The translations under genes were made by a program, and so were the position numbers. The notes under the pieces were generated by a model. It worked only from the letters and a program-made list of their open reading frames with translations. It did no database searches and had not been told where the DNA came from. A DNA stretch of 64,000 bases from Klebsormidium nitens (lineage: Eukaryota > Plantae > Klebsormidiophyceae): assembly GCA_000708835.1 (NCBI GenBank), contig DF237158.1, positions 72,999-136,998 on the forward strand, read 5' to 3'. This document shows positions 11,989-24,192 of the stretch, piece by piece. Every line of letters begins with the position of its first letter. The first letter of the stretch is position 1.

Positions 11989-13881
11989 ATGAGGATGGCC
12001 GGGAATAGCGCTGGATCAGCATGTGCTGCATGCAAATTTCTTCGCAGGAAATGCACTGCACAGGTATGCATTCCTCCTAAAACTGGGAGCATAATCCTTT
12101 TATGCTGGGGCTCCCAATTGCCCTTGAATGGGGGCAACTTTCGTCAGGAAATGTTGTCATTGTAACCTCCTTTGATTGGTGGTAGCACTGGCATCAGAAG
12201 TTGGCCTTCCCCGTACCTTGCATGACGATTGCCCTGTGTTTGTCTACCCTGCAAAAGTCTCCAAACATCTTCTCGTTTTCCTGCAGTGCTTGTTTGCTCC
12301 ATATTTTCCCCCCGATCAACCACAGAAGTTCGCAAATGTCCACAAGGTAGGGTACAGACCTGGGACTCCTGATTGTTAGCGCCTTCTAGTGATCTTCTTC
12401 TGAGGAAGTGGTTGCTCAAAATAAAGCCCATTTTGATTGTGTGCATTGCAGAGAGGGCTCAATCTTTGGAAGACAGCATTAGCAACAATTCCATTGCACA
12501 AGAGGAGGTTGTATGCTATTACAACGATTACAGGTAGTTCCATAGGAAGGCGGTCCTGAAAAGCGACGCTTCAGTAGTCTCTGCCTTGCTGGGGTGCTGA
12601 AGAATTCCACTTGGAAACATGTGTTAAGGTCACCCGGACTGGGATCTACAATGCCATGATTTTGCTCCTCCCAAGACTTTTTGGTTCTCTGAACCATTCT
12701 GGCTCTGCATGGCTGTGTTTTGGCGGGGTGATTGCACTGTCCTCGAGTAGTTTACCACGTACCTCCATATAGTTTACTGCGTCAGCAGCTTTGACTAGGC
12801 ACTGAGCACAAGTTACCTCAAAATTTTGCAATGAAAACGTGCACTGCTCAACAGCACTCTGACGAAGCTGAACCAACGCCAAGATTGTAGCGGTGTCGAT
12901 TCCGAGTCTTGCCGCTTCAGCGATCTTCTGTACGCGGGGTGTCTGTGGCGAAAGCACTTGCCTGGACCTATTGCGTAGGGTGCGCTGGCAGGGAGCTTGC
13001 TTGTCAAATCAGGTCCCTTGATCAAAGTTTCCTTTTTTATAGGCAGTTACGGTTGTAGAAACAAATCTTCTGTGTAGGTTAATCTGAAACCTCAATGCAA
13101 AAGATATTGTCCGTATATTCTAGGGAAGTACCAAAACTTTTTACACCACCCTGCAATCTTTCACTGTGGTTTCACCTTGACCTGAAGCACTGATTCATCG
13201 TGCTGGTCTGTTACTGGAAGAAGTCAATCATTTGGCTTTAGGAAGTGCTTTTGACCAAAATTTGGAGTCATTTCAATCTTTATTCAAGTAGAGAGACACG
13301 CTTATCTCTGTTGTGTTTTGTGTTGGGCGACCCTCCGGCCCCATCAGACAACCCGATAGTGAGCCTTTCAGAAGGACGTTGGCTTCTATGCAGCTTTATC
13401 GACCTGTTTCGTGGCTCTGCTGCACAAATCTTGCTTCTGACATCTTTGAAACTCCGCTGTTCAATTCCGATGGGTCAGGCCCATACCTCGCTTGTTTTTT
13501 TTGCTGCAGATCTTTGGTGTGGCCAACATCACGAAGCTGCTGTCCGAACTGCCCCTCCATCAACGAGAAGACGCTGTCAACAGCCTGGCATACGAGGCTG
13601 ACGCGCGTGTCAAAGATCCCGTGTATGGCTGCGTTGGGGCCATATCAGTCCTTCAGCAGCAGGTTGCCCAGCTCTCTGCTGACCTCGCTATCGCCAACGC
13701 AGAGCTGGCCAGATACCAACAACGCGGCCCTGCGCAGGGGGGGCTACAACAACAAGCGGGGCCTTCGGATCCGCTTGCGTTTGCCACGCTGGCGGGAACC
13801 ATGGCTGCGCTTGGGGGCATGCAGGGGCAAGGGGGTTCAGTAGGACCACTCCAACGACCTCCACACGGACGGCAGAGCTGA
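11989..13881 (+). CDS. LBD: Class I LOB-domain (LBD/AS2 family) transcription factor
   Basis: Exons 11989/11995-12063 (MAGNSAGSACAACKFLRRKCTAQ), 12287-12346 (CLFAPYFPPDQPQKFANVHK) and 13510-13881 (IFGVANITKLLSELPLHQREDAVNSLAYEADARVKDPVYGCVGAISVLQQQVAQLSADLAIANAEL...). Has the CX2CX6CX3C motif, DPVYG and a complete LX6LX3LX6L zipper. An in-frame TAA at 11977 bounds the start. Confidence 0.95.
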
Positions 13882-14989
13882 TAGCAGGAGCAACCCTGAG
13901 GGATACGGTGTTGATGAGCCACAGCAGCCCGCCATCCAAAGGGTTTCATCACTGTAGACTAGGCAGGAAGGGTAGCATAGGTGCTAATCTTTAGGTGGAG
14001 TCAGCAGCAGCCTAAAAGAACTTGCCAAGGCGGGGTTGTTTTCTGCTCCAGTCATGCATATATGTGGATATTATTCCACTCTTTGTATAAGAGGACGGCA
14101 AGCAGATGATCCGGTAGACATCCTATAAGCTTGATGGATCGAGCTGGGGCTGCAAGGGAGCGGGAATTGTTGGATCTCTGTACCCTGCGGTGAGTGTGCA
14201 TAAGGACGACAATAGCTGCGACAGAGAGATAGAAGCAATGCTGGCTTTTCATGGCTTAGACGGACGTTCGTAACAGCTTTCATTAGCTTTGTCTGGTCCG
14301 GCCAAGTTATTTCTAGACTGAGATGAAGACGGGTACGAGCTTCAAGGCACAACAAACATCAGCTCGGTTCATAAATGGGGCCAGTTTGTTGGCGCAGATG
14401 GCAACGCAGAGAAGCTAAGTTCTCCATCAGAAGCATTGCAAGATTGGACTATGCTCGCTGGGTCTCTCTTTATTTGGATCTTTTGTGAGCGGGCAAACTG
14501 TAGTTTCAAGAGTAGCTATATCAATATTAAAGCAGGTAAAAATGATCTCGTTTTTGAGCACGTGATTCAGGCTCGACATTTCAGTTATTCCGTGCATCAG
14601 ATTGCATTTGATCATGCAAGCCATGCTGTACATCTGAAAGCGTTAGACCGGGGCTGCATCCCAGCGGAGATGATCAGCGAGCTCCCGCGTGCACTTACAT
14701 ATCGACGGTTAATGCAACTGAATTTATTCTTTATGCAGCATCTATATTGGCCATGGTTGCAATCTCTGTGCTACACTCTAGTTGTCACTGGTCCATTGCT
14801 AACTAGACTCCTTTGAAATCGACAGCATCTGGGTCAAGTAATCTGGCTAGCTGTGAGATACGTTTAACTTCGTACTCTGTAGATCTTTAATTTCACTGGG
14901 TATACACGAACGAACAATTTTGATTGCTTCTAGGAAGGATTGACTAGCACATGGCGGCCGCCATGCAGGCTGCAATCTGGCCTACAGCT

Positions 14990-15055
14990 AAGTAGTCGAC
15001 CGTCCACTCGAGTATAATAATGATGATATAGCTAGCCAAGTAGTCGACCGTCCAC
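14990..15055. repeat. 18-bp direct repeat, two copies (local duplication)
   Basis: AAGTAGTCGACCGTCCAC at 14990-15007 and 15038-15055. Confidence 0.7.
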
Positions 15056-16162
15056 GAGTACTAACACAGATTAGGCTATAGATGTTATTGAGCAAGGTTA
15101 ACACGTACGACCCGTCTGCATTTGTTTTACCAAAGCCACCTATTTGGTGCGCATGGTCCATGCCATGAGCTGGCCATGGAGCTGCTGCATTGAAGTAAAT
15201 TCTATATATTTGTGATGTGTCGAGCCATGTGAAGGCGCAACCGTGTCGAATACTGGTATAGCCGGGCCCGCCTATTCAGTGCTTCGGTCGTTCAGAATCA
15301 TTATAAGCCGCTCCGCTCAAGCTATAGCTAGCTTACTAAGATGCATCAAACCTGCGCAGCATGCACCGACGGCGCCGCGCCGCGAGACAAAAACTGATAT
15401 TCTACATGCAATCAAGCTGCATGATTGTGCTGTCACCACACGATGGAGATTGATTGCCACATACGACACATCATGCATGCTGAGTTCGTACTGCACTGGA
15501 CGCAGCTTGCAATCAACTCATTATCGTAATTTAAAACAGGCAGCATGATCATTGACGTTTGCAGTGGGACTCAGTCTGATTAAGTATATAAACATACCAG
15601 TCATCGCGCGGAGACAGATTTCATGGATTCCGCAGTCCGAGTCGAAGCATATGAGAAACGTACATGCGCATGCGCCGTCAGAATGGGCCGGAGCGATGCC
15701 TTCGCCTTCAATGACGCTTTCCACACCGCGCTCCAGGGTTGCATCGTTGGTCAACACCTCGGACGATTATTGGACCCTCGTTCTTATCTTTCGGAGCCTC
15801 TTTCTATGTAATTCTCGAATCCCGACTTGGAAGAGAAAGCCATGCACTGATGCATCTACCTATTCCAACGTCTTGGTATCGGATGGTCGGAGTGCAAGAT
15901 TTGCCCGAATGCTTCCAGCTAGCTACACTAAAATTTTTAATAAGCATGATTGGAATGTGACAAACGAAAGTACAGCCAGAAGTCTGGCAGGCGTCCTTTT
16001 TAAAATGACAAAGTAGCTCACTTTTTAATCCACACAAAACGAGCGACCTTGACTACTGGACCTTCTCATGTGGACTTGACAGAGGACCAGGCTTGGTACA
16101 GACTTCCAGTTCAGCATTATTCCCTGGTTGCTAGAAACATTCAATGCCTAAGAGCTGTTGCG

Positions 16163-17485
16163 CTACCGGGCCTCAAACTGGACGACTGCGCGACCAAGAG
16201 GAATAGATCAGGCTTAGACAGAAGCCTGAATAACAGGTCAAACAATTGCCGCCAAGACCATGCTTGCGTTCAAAAAGACATGCTGGAAGACAAGCAGACG
16301 TGTGACAGGTAGTTCGTAAAGCCGCCACATCAGATAGCTTTTGTGAATCACAACAAGCATCCAGACATGGAGCAAACAAGGATTTGACTTACTTCTCTTG
16401 GTTCGCTTTTTGTACAGAATCCTGTAACCACATTCTCGGCACTGAATCACATCGCCAGGTTTTAGGGTGCTGTCTGCTCCACAATCTGTGCAGGAGACCA
16501 GAGCATAATGGGTGTGAGGACCCAAAAGAGGCTTCACAATTCTCTGGACTCACAAGCTCATTGGCATGCTGCCCCCTTTCGATGCAAGAACTAAGGAGAA
16601 TGCGAAGTACCGGAGCTTTACCCCGAAAACTAATTGTCCAGGACTGGATCAGAGGCAGCAACTCGGCATGTGCAAAATGACAGCTTCTAAAGCACCCCAG
16701 CAACAAATAGTTTGAAGCACTGGCATCCTCAAGTTTGCGTTTGCGTCTAACAAATCAAACTGCTGTACAGGACTGCAAAGATAAGACATGGTGGACCCAA
16801 CAGCCCCAAAACCCGGAGTGTAAGCAAGGCTCAATGCCCCACCCCCCCTGAACTAACCGCCCGCTCCTCCAACTCCCACCAGCAACAATTGCAGAATTTT
16901 GAATACAAGCACAAACGATAGTGGGGCACAGTGCTTAAATTCATAATCATACAACTCTCAGAACATTTCGAGAAGTAGCTGGAGTTCAAGCGAGTCCCTC
17001 CTGTCCAGCTGCAACCGGCCTGCCATGACAGCCTCTCTGCTGTAAACAAGGTGCCCTTAAGTCATCCAAGTGCAGAGCTGGGGACCCAGCTTTGCAGTCA
17101 CAGCATACGACTCCAGTGTCAGACCCGGACCGTGCTAAGAGAGTTGCGTAGTTTGTGACAACTTTTGAAACGCATCTCATCAAAACAGTACTCCCTTGAA
17201 ACATTTCCCAACGTACAACACCTTTGAGGCATGCTCAATCTAGATAGCAGGGCACAGCAGAAGGTCAACAAATCTTTTTTCAAGTATCATGAAAAGTCAT
17301 TCAAGTGGAACTAGCGCGTCAGCATGTTCCAGCAATCGCAAGCAGCTTTTTCCAAAACACTGAAGATAAGTCATCCAGGAAGAATCACTGTAAGAGACAA
17401 TCAGCAGCGTTTAAATTGTCCTACCTCCACACAAGTAGGTCACTGGCTCAGGTGCTGTTGGCTCCTGTGGGCGTCCAGGATCCAT
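16163..17485 (-). CDS. RPB12: DNA-directed RNA polymerase I/II/III shared subunit RPB12 (RPABC4)
   Basis: Exons 17485-17425, 16485-16393 and 16185-16163 give [58 protein letters not shown], with the zinc ribbon CxxC...CxxC and the canonical C-terminus. Confidence 0.97.
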
Positions 17486-18352
17486 TCCCGCTCCCTGGGA
17501 AAAAGTGCGGCCGCAAATTGTCTGGTATGTCCAAGATGATGTTGCCGCGCAGCAACAAGATCGTGGTTGCTTCTGTCTCCTACAGGATTGTGGAAGCAAG
17601 GGATCAAATTTACTGTTGCTGGGTTGAGAATTTAAAGTGTTGTCGCACGCCCTATTTGTTTCCTCGCCCTCTTCTAAACAGAAGAGACTCGTATACCACC
17701 TTGCCTTCTGGCCGCACACCACTTCGACTTTGCAGGTTGCCTTGTTTAATGACAGTCTGCCTGAGGCTACAGGTTACAGCAGCCTCGTGACCCGTCACTT
17801 GTGAAGGACGAGAAGCTGGGCACAGGCCGAGCATGGGAAAGGTATGCGGACACAACTCTGTTTGAGCAATGCGAGCATACCAACGTTTTCTTTACCGGCG
17901 CCGAGAACGGCGTTACCATTGGTGCTTTTGGCGGCCGTCCGGGGCTGCAGACACTATACTACGTATGTCGCCGCGTAGGACACGTTCCTCAACTGCATTT
18001 CAACCGCTTGCGGTAACGGGGCCGGCAGCCAAACGGCGTAGGGCTGAGGGACTGGGTCCTCATGAATACTGCTGCATGCAGCCTGCAGGCTCCATCATTC
18101 ACATCATGCACCCAGCCTCCTCGTTCTCACACCAGGCCGGTCGAGGGATGAAGAGGAGAGGAGCCCTGTCCAAGAGAGGCGTACTTACGAGCCGCAAGAG
18201 CAAGACGGCTTTTCCTCCAACAAGGGGAGGAAACAAGTTTGGACAACTAGATGTATTCCTCCAGCGGCAGAAGTAAAGAAAAGGAAACCTGTGTTGCACT
18301 AACAATGTGAGAAGGACCGTTTACAGTCATTGTGCATTCAGTCTCATCAACC

Positions 18353-21300
18353 ATGGAAGTAACAGCAGGCAATTTTGAGTTGGTTATTCCGAGCATTGAA
18401 AGGGCAATCAGCAGATGCGATTTTGTAGCAATAGACTGCGAGTTTACGGGCCTGGACGTCAATGGGAGAAGGTGAGAAGTCATCTTGTAGCCCCAAGTCG
18501 GAAGCTAGTCGGCAGCTCAGGCGTCACTTATGTCCATGTATGTGTGTTGTCTTTCTGACCGTATCCTAGCGAGATGCCCAGCTTGGAATGCAGTCAATGA
18601 AGGATGCTGCGTAAGGAGAATCAATCGAGCTGGTCTTTTTGTGTTCAATCCCCTGCATCAATGCTTTTGAGTTCCTTCAGAACAAAGACGTTGCTAGGCG
18701 TGTTAGCTGGGCACTAGCTACAGCCTCATGTGCCATGGCAGATGCAGCTGACAACAAACTTTTATGTATGTGTCTTCTCCTTCCAGGAGAGAGGAATACT
18801 TCGATGATTTGGAACAAAGATATGCTCGTGTGCGTATGTCAGCGCAACACTTCCTTGTCATCCAGGTGATAAGTTCTGGCACTTCTTATAGTGAATTCTT
18901 GGAATCGTCACTGAGTGTTCACTGAGTGACTGGGCAGGAGCATAAGCAGCTCGCAATTGAACACTTGTGGTGCCAGCTTAAGTGTTGTGATTTACTCGAT
19001 GTATGGATCTCGTATTTGGCCAGTGATGCATCCCCTGATGCCTCTTTCTGAGTCTTGAGGGATTGTCAAAATCCGTGCTTACAAATCTATCCTGACTAGT
19101 TGCTCTGGTCTCATAGGTGGGGTTGTCGCTTTTTGAATGGTGTCCTTGTGAACAAACCTACCGGGCCAGCACATACAACTGCTACGTCTACCCCCGGCCC
19201 CATGGGTCTTTTGACCTCCGGTTCACGTGCCAGGTGGGTGGGACTCTGGTGGTGGTTGACAGCTGGAGTCCGAATGCCATGCCTTTTGTAACCAAGTCCT
19301 ACCGATTCAGGGCAGTTTGTGCTTGCTGGAGTAGCCCTTTGTCCTCACAATACGTGTGCTCTGCAGGCCAGCTCTTTGGAGTTTCTCAGCAAGCACAACT
19401 TTGACTTCAACAAGTTCATCTACGAAGGTGAATATTCAATACCTGTGGCAGCTACGCGGTGTCTGAGTTGCTGTCTGTTAAGTTTGCGTTGGCTGACGAT
19501 CTTTGCTGCAGTACACATGAAGCTCTGCCACATTAGGTCTGAATTCGAGCTTGGGTGGAGATAATGGTTCATGGCTTTCCTGGACGCAAGACGCTTGCTT
19601 GCCTGCAGGAAGCAGTTTTCTGTCTCGAGATTCCTTCCTGGAAGTGTATCGTCGAGCACCTTTTCCCACACAAGGCCCCTGTTCTGATGGGAGTGTCTAA
19701 GTATTTCCATGCTGCAGGTGTCCCCTTCATTAACCTGTCAACTGCGGAGGAGATGTACGCCAAGCTCGAGCAGCAGGCGTCCGCGGCTGCCCAGGCCGCG
19801 AACATTCCCAGCACGGGCGCAAGCGCGCCGGTCAACCGCGACATCCGGCAGGCACTCAGGTCCGAGGAGGACAAGCAGCGGCACCGCGACATCATCGACC
19901 GCGTCAGAGAATGGTTAGAGGGGGACAGCCCAGCAAAGGCCCGAGTAGATGAACGGGAAGACTCCCCCGAGGATGGAGTGGAGTCTGGTTCAAAGGGCCT
20001 GGCAAGTGACCAGGGGGAGGCGCCCAGTGGTGTAGCGCCTGGGGAGAGACAAGAGAGGGAAGAAGCGGGGGGGCAGGAGGAGGTGCCGGGGGGCAACGTG
20101 GACGTCTTCGTGTTTGAGCCAATGAATTCATTCTGGCGCGCAGTGGTGTACCAGACGATGGAGAGGGAGTTCGGCAAAGGCCGCTTTCTGATCGAGAAGG
20201 TTCCGGTGAGCTACTGACTCCGCCTCAGACTTCGTCATATCCAGGGCTAAGGCCGGCAGTGCTTGCCCCATCCGTTGGATCTCTCTATGCACCGCATACG
20301 CCACATCTCTCAGTCAATGCGCCACTGAGCGGTTCAACCAACGATGCCTTTAGCTCTGATGCTTGGATTGTTTGCTGTGCTAGAAGTCGACCAGCTTCGA
20401 ACAGCTTCCCTGCATCAAGTGTACAAGTTTCCGAACCTGCCCCGCACGCCCTTGGTGACCTTCTGTCTCCTGCCCTTCGCAGCAATCCTTCTCGAGCAAC
20501 CTGGAGTCCCTGCGCCTGGTGCGCTCCAATCCCGAGGCCGTACTGGAGGCAGAGCGTGTGCGTGCGGCCGAGAAGCGCGCCCGCCTGGACCAGACGGTGG
20601 GGTTCAGCCGCGTGCTGCGGGCGCTGTCGGCGGCGCGCAAGCCGCTGGTGGGGCACAACATGCTGCTCGACCTCGCATACATCGTGCACCTCTTCGTGCA
20701 GCCGCTGCCGCCCGCCTTCGCCGACTTCCGCGACCTTGTGAGTTGCGAAGTCGACTGGAACAAACCGAGGATGCAGGCTTTGGTCCTGCTATGGACTCCT
20801 TTATGTACGCACAGCCACTGTCCGCTTTTGCCGGAAGCTTTTTCTATCAGATTCTCTGCAAGTCTTCAGTTGAAGTTTATCTAGGACAAATCAATCTGTG
20901 TCCTGGTTTTTAAGGGCAGAGTCATCATAAAGTAGCTCGTAACTTTAGGGCCCTCCCTCCTTTAAGGGCAAAATGAGTCAGTAGCTCTTAAGATATTGAA
21001 TTCTTTTAGAAAGCACCCCCGCTGGCTAACATTAACTCGAGTACCGACGGTTAGCAATCATGTTGGATCAAGGAGCAAACTCATCCCTCAACATGAATAA
21101 GCCACTGTCAGCACTCCCTCTTCAGTGTCCGCTGTCGAACTGCTTCCAGACTTCTGCTGACATCGTTTGTCCTGGATTTAGAAGGCGCGTGGCAGTGTAT
21201 GAGAAGAACGCACGCATCTTGAACTTCAGCCTGCAGTCATGCAGGTGCCCTTTTCGAGATGGCTCGTTTTTTACATTTTGTCTCAATCGTATATCCCCGT

Positions 21301-23473
21301 CGGCCGAAAGCATCAAGACATCGTTTAACGGCCTCAAAAGCTAGTGGCAAACATCTGACACTTGGAGCACGATCCTCTGACCAACCAATTGCTGGCGATG
21401 CGCTTGTCCAGGTCGCCTCCTTCTTTTCCGGCGGCATCTTCGATACCAAGCACCTCGCCCTGCAAGTGCCCGACGCCTTTCCCCCATTCGCCGGCACCGC
21501 GCTGGAGGCAGTGTTCGCGGCCTTCAGGTCCAAGGTACAGCGTGGCCCGCGACCGGGCAGTGACGGGGATGAGACGTCAGAAGAAATGCCGGCAGCAGAA
21601 GAAATTGTGGATCAAGCGGCGCAACAGGTTTCGAAAGCGAGCCCGGGGGATGCGAGTGCGGAAGGCACCGTTGCTGTCCCCGGGGTAACGGTGCCGTGTG
21701 ACGGGTCAGCGTCGGCAGCCAGTGCGGGAGACGGGTTGGTGCAGCCCGAGGATGGTGGCCCCTACAGCCTGGCAGAGTCGCTCATTGAAGCCGTGGCGCC
21801 GCCACTCCTGTCTCAGAATCCGAGTAGCGCTGTGCATTTGATTGCCGATATCAACGACGTTGCCCTCAGAAGCGCCGTCCCTGCAACTTCGGAAGAAATG
21901 CAACCGGCCGTGCCTTTGAGGCCGGTAGACGCGATGCCGTCGATCGAGCACGAGGCCGGCTTCACCCGGTACTTGGAGTCCGAGGACGGCCCCCCCGAGT
22001 ATGCGCACGAGGCTGGCTTCGACGCGTTCATGACCGGGGTGGCATTTGTGGGGCTGGCCAAAGTGCTCGAGGCGCGGCGGGAGAAGCCGGACCTCGTGGC
22101 GCAGCGCCTCTTCCGGCGTACCTCGGAGGGTCGGGGGCTGTTTGGGGGCAGGCCGCGGCACCGACAGGGGGGACCCCAGCGCCAGGGTGACACAGCAGGG
22201 CCTAGTCAGCCAGTCCTGACGAGCGTCAAGATCGGAAGCTCGGTGTCGACTCAAGCGGCGGTGTTGGCAGACGGAGCGGGGACGGCTGCTGGTCTCGCGG
22301 ATAGTGCGCCCACGGAAACGGGCTCGTCACTCAAGATGGCGGTCTCGACGACCGGTGCTTCCTTAAACGTCACCGCGCAAGCGCTCGTTCCCCCTGCCGA
22401 GCCCGCATCTGCTCCTGCTCCCTTGGACTCTGGACTCGGCTGTCTGACGGTTGACAGCGGACTTGTGCCGACGGTGCGCGGTCCAGCGGCAGAGGCGCAG
22501 ACCCGTGCTTCAGACCCTGAGGAGTCTCTGGTGGATGCGGGGGAGGCGGAGGCGGCAGGAGCGCGCGAGCTGCAAGAGCTGGTGGAGCGGACCAGCAGCA
22601 GCCCGGTCAGTTTGGAGGCCCTGCGGCAGTACTCGTACCGCATCAATCTGATGGGCAGCGACATGCCGCACCTGCCACTGCAGGGGCCGCTCATCATCCC
22701 CGAGCGCGGCCACCTGTTTCACATCAGCGGGTTTTCAGAGGAGACGCGCAGCCCCGAGATTGCAGGTACGCTAAGGTGGCAAGCGCTGGAAGTTGATAGA
22801 GCCGAGCGCGCAACAAACGCCCACTTTTGGCCGTTTCGCTGTTTGTTCCCAGCACGAGTTTGCCCCGGTTGATCGTGTATGTCGATCCGTCTACAGTAGT
22901 ATGCCTTCAGGTCTCAGGATTGTTGAGGTTGCGGCAAGAGGAACGTGATTCGACAGAGGGCACATCTTACCAGGTTTTTGTCAGAACATGAGAATCTTGC
23001 ATTTGTTGCGCACTCCGTCGCGTTTGTGACCTTGAGAACGGGGGCTGGGTACAAAGGCTCCGGTTCTTTGCTTGCCCTGTGCAGGTCGCTTTGCGGACTT
23101 GGGCCTCGGCGCCGTGGACATCACCTGGATCGACCGCAGCAGCGCGATTGTGGCACTGCGCAACCGGGCCCTGGCCGACACCGTCATTGACAGCATGCTC
23201 GGGTCGGGATGGGATGTGGACATCGCACGGTGGGCAGACTTCCGGTTGCAAGCACAGTGCGCCCTTCCAGAGCCACGTGGCAGGCGGAAAGATGATGGTG
23301 CACATGCCCCTGGAGACGGCACAGCGCAAACTATCGAAGCTAGCCAGCCCAGAAAGGGGCGTAGATTGAATGGCGGTGAAAGGCAGGTTGAAGTGGTCGA
23401 CGACGAGGATGCGGAGCGCGATGGAAGGAGGGCCCAGAAAGCGCTTGCACGCAGGACATGCAGCATCTTATAG
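18353..23473 (+). CDS. PARN: Poly(A)-specific ribonuclease PARN (DEDD/CAF1 family with R3H-like insert and C-terminal RRM-like domain), ~953 aa
   Basis: Eight in-phase exons: 18353-18471, 18787-18865, 19117-19233, 19367-19427, 19718-20205, 20483-20737, 21412-22765, 23085-23473. Motifs: MEVTAGNF...FVAIDCEFTGL, ASSLEFLSKHNFDFNKFIYEGV, FEPMNSFWRAVVYQ (R3H-like), KPLVGHNMLLDL, IFDTKHL, HEAGFDAFMTG, FHISGF...ITWIDRSSAIVAL. Confidence 0.93.
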
Positions 23474-24192
23474 TTAATATATTGTACTGACCGTTGATCA
23501 CGTTATTTTCGTGGAAGACAAGGTCGGGCTGCAAATGCTTGCCAGTGCATGTGATGTATCAGGGGGCTGCATGGGTTGCGAAGACACACCTGACATATGC
23601 GTAAGCGTGCTGGCAGCATCTAGTATTACGTCACGGATGCAAGTCTATAAATGTCTGAACTGTCAGCTAGAAAGGAGCTCACTCAAGTCATGGCCTGGGC
23701 CAGGGAAGTGAACTTACCTAGGTCACATAAGGTTTACCGTAGGACCTACCTTAGTACCTATTGCTCTATGCTTTCCGTAGGCCCCCAGGCTTCATGGTTC
23801 GCTGATACAGTGCCACATGTTTTCGTACCGACTGCACCAAAGTCGCATACCCGGTTCTTGAACTCCGGTTTTGACTGCCGTTTTGTCAAGTCGCTTCCGA
23901 CTAGGTTAACTGTACAGGCATAGGTACCGGTATCAGAATTCTAGATGTGTACAAGGTTGTAGGTATGTATTAAGCACCGGCATTTGTGTCGTGCCGGCAA
24001 TCGCGGCCGCCGGGCCAGGTGGGGACCGGTGTGTGCTGTGCAAGTCTACCGGTACCTAGCTAGCTGGAGGAACTTGCCTCCCTACGGTTAAACTCCCATC
24101 CAGGTCCTCGCCCTGCATTCATGAGTACTTCCGAGCTCCCAATGGTTTCTTTCGAGTAGGTACACGTGTGGCGTCTTCTTTGCTGCATTCCA

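Noticed and set aside
12479-12957. Antisense ORFs inside the 1.16-kb second LBD intron
   Set aside because: No domain similarity or transposon hallmarks (TIR, TSD, transposase/RT motifs) detected.
14990-15055. 18-bp repeat with a 30-bp spacer resembling a CRISPR unit
   Set aside because: Only two copies, similarity extends into the flanks (local duplication), no cas genes, eukaryotic context.
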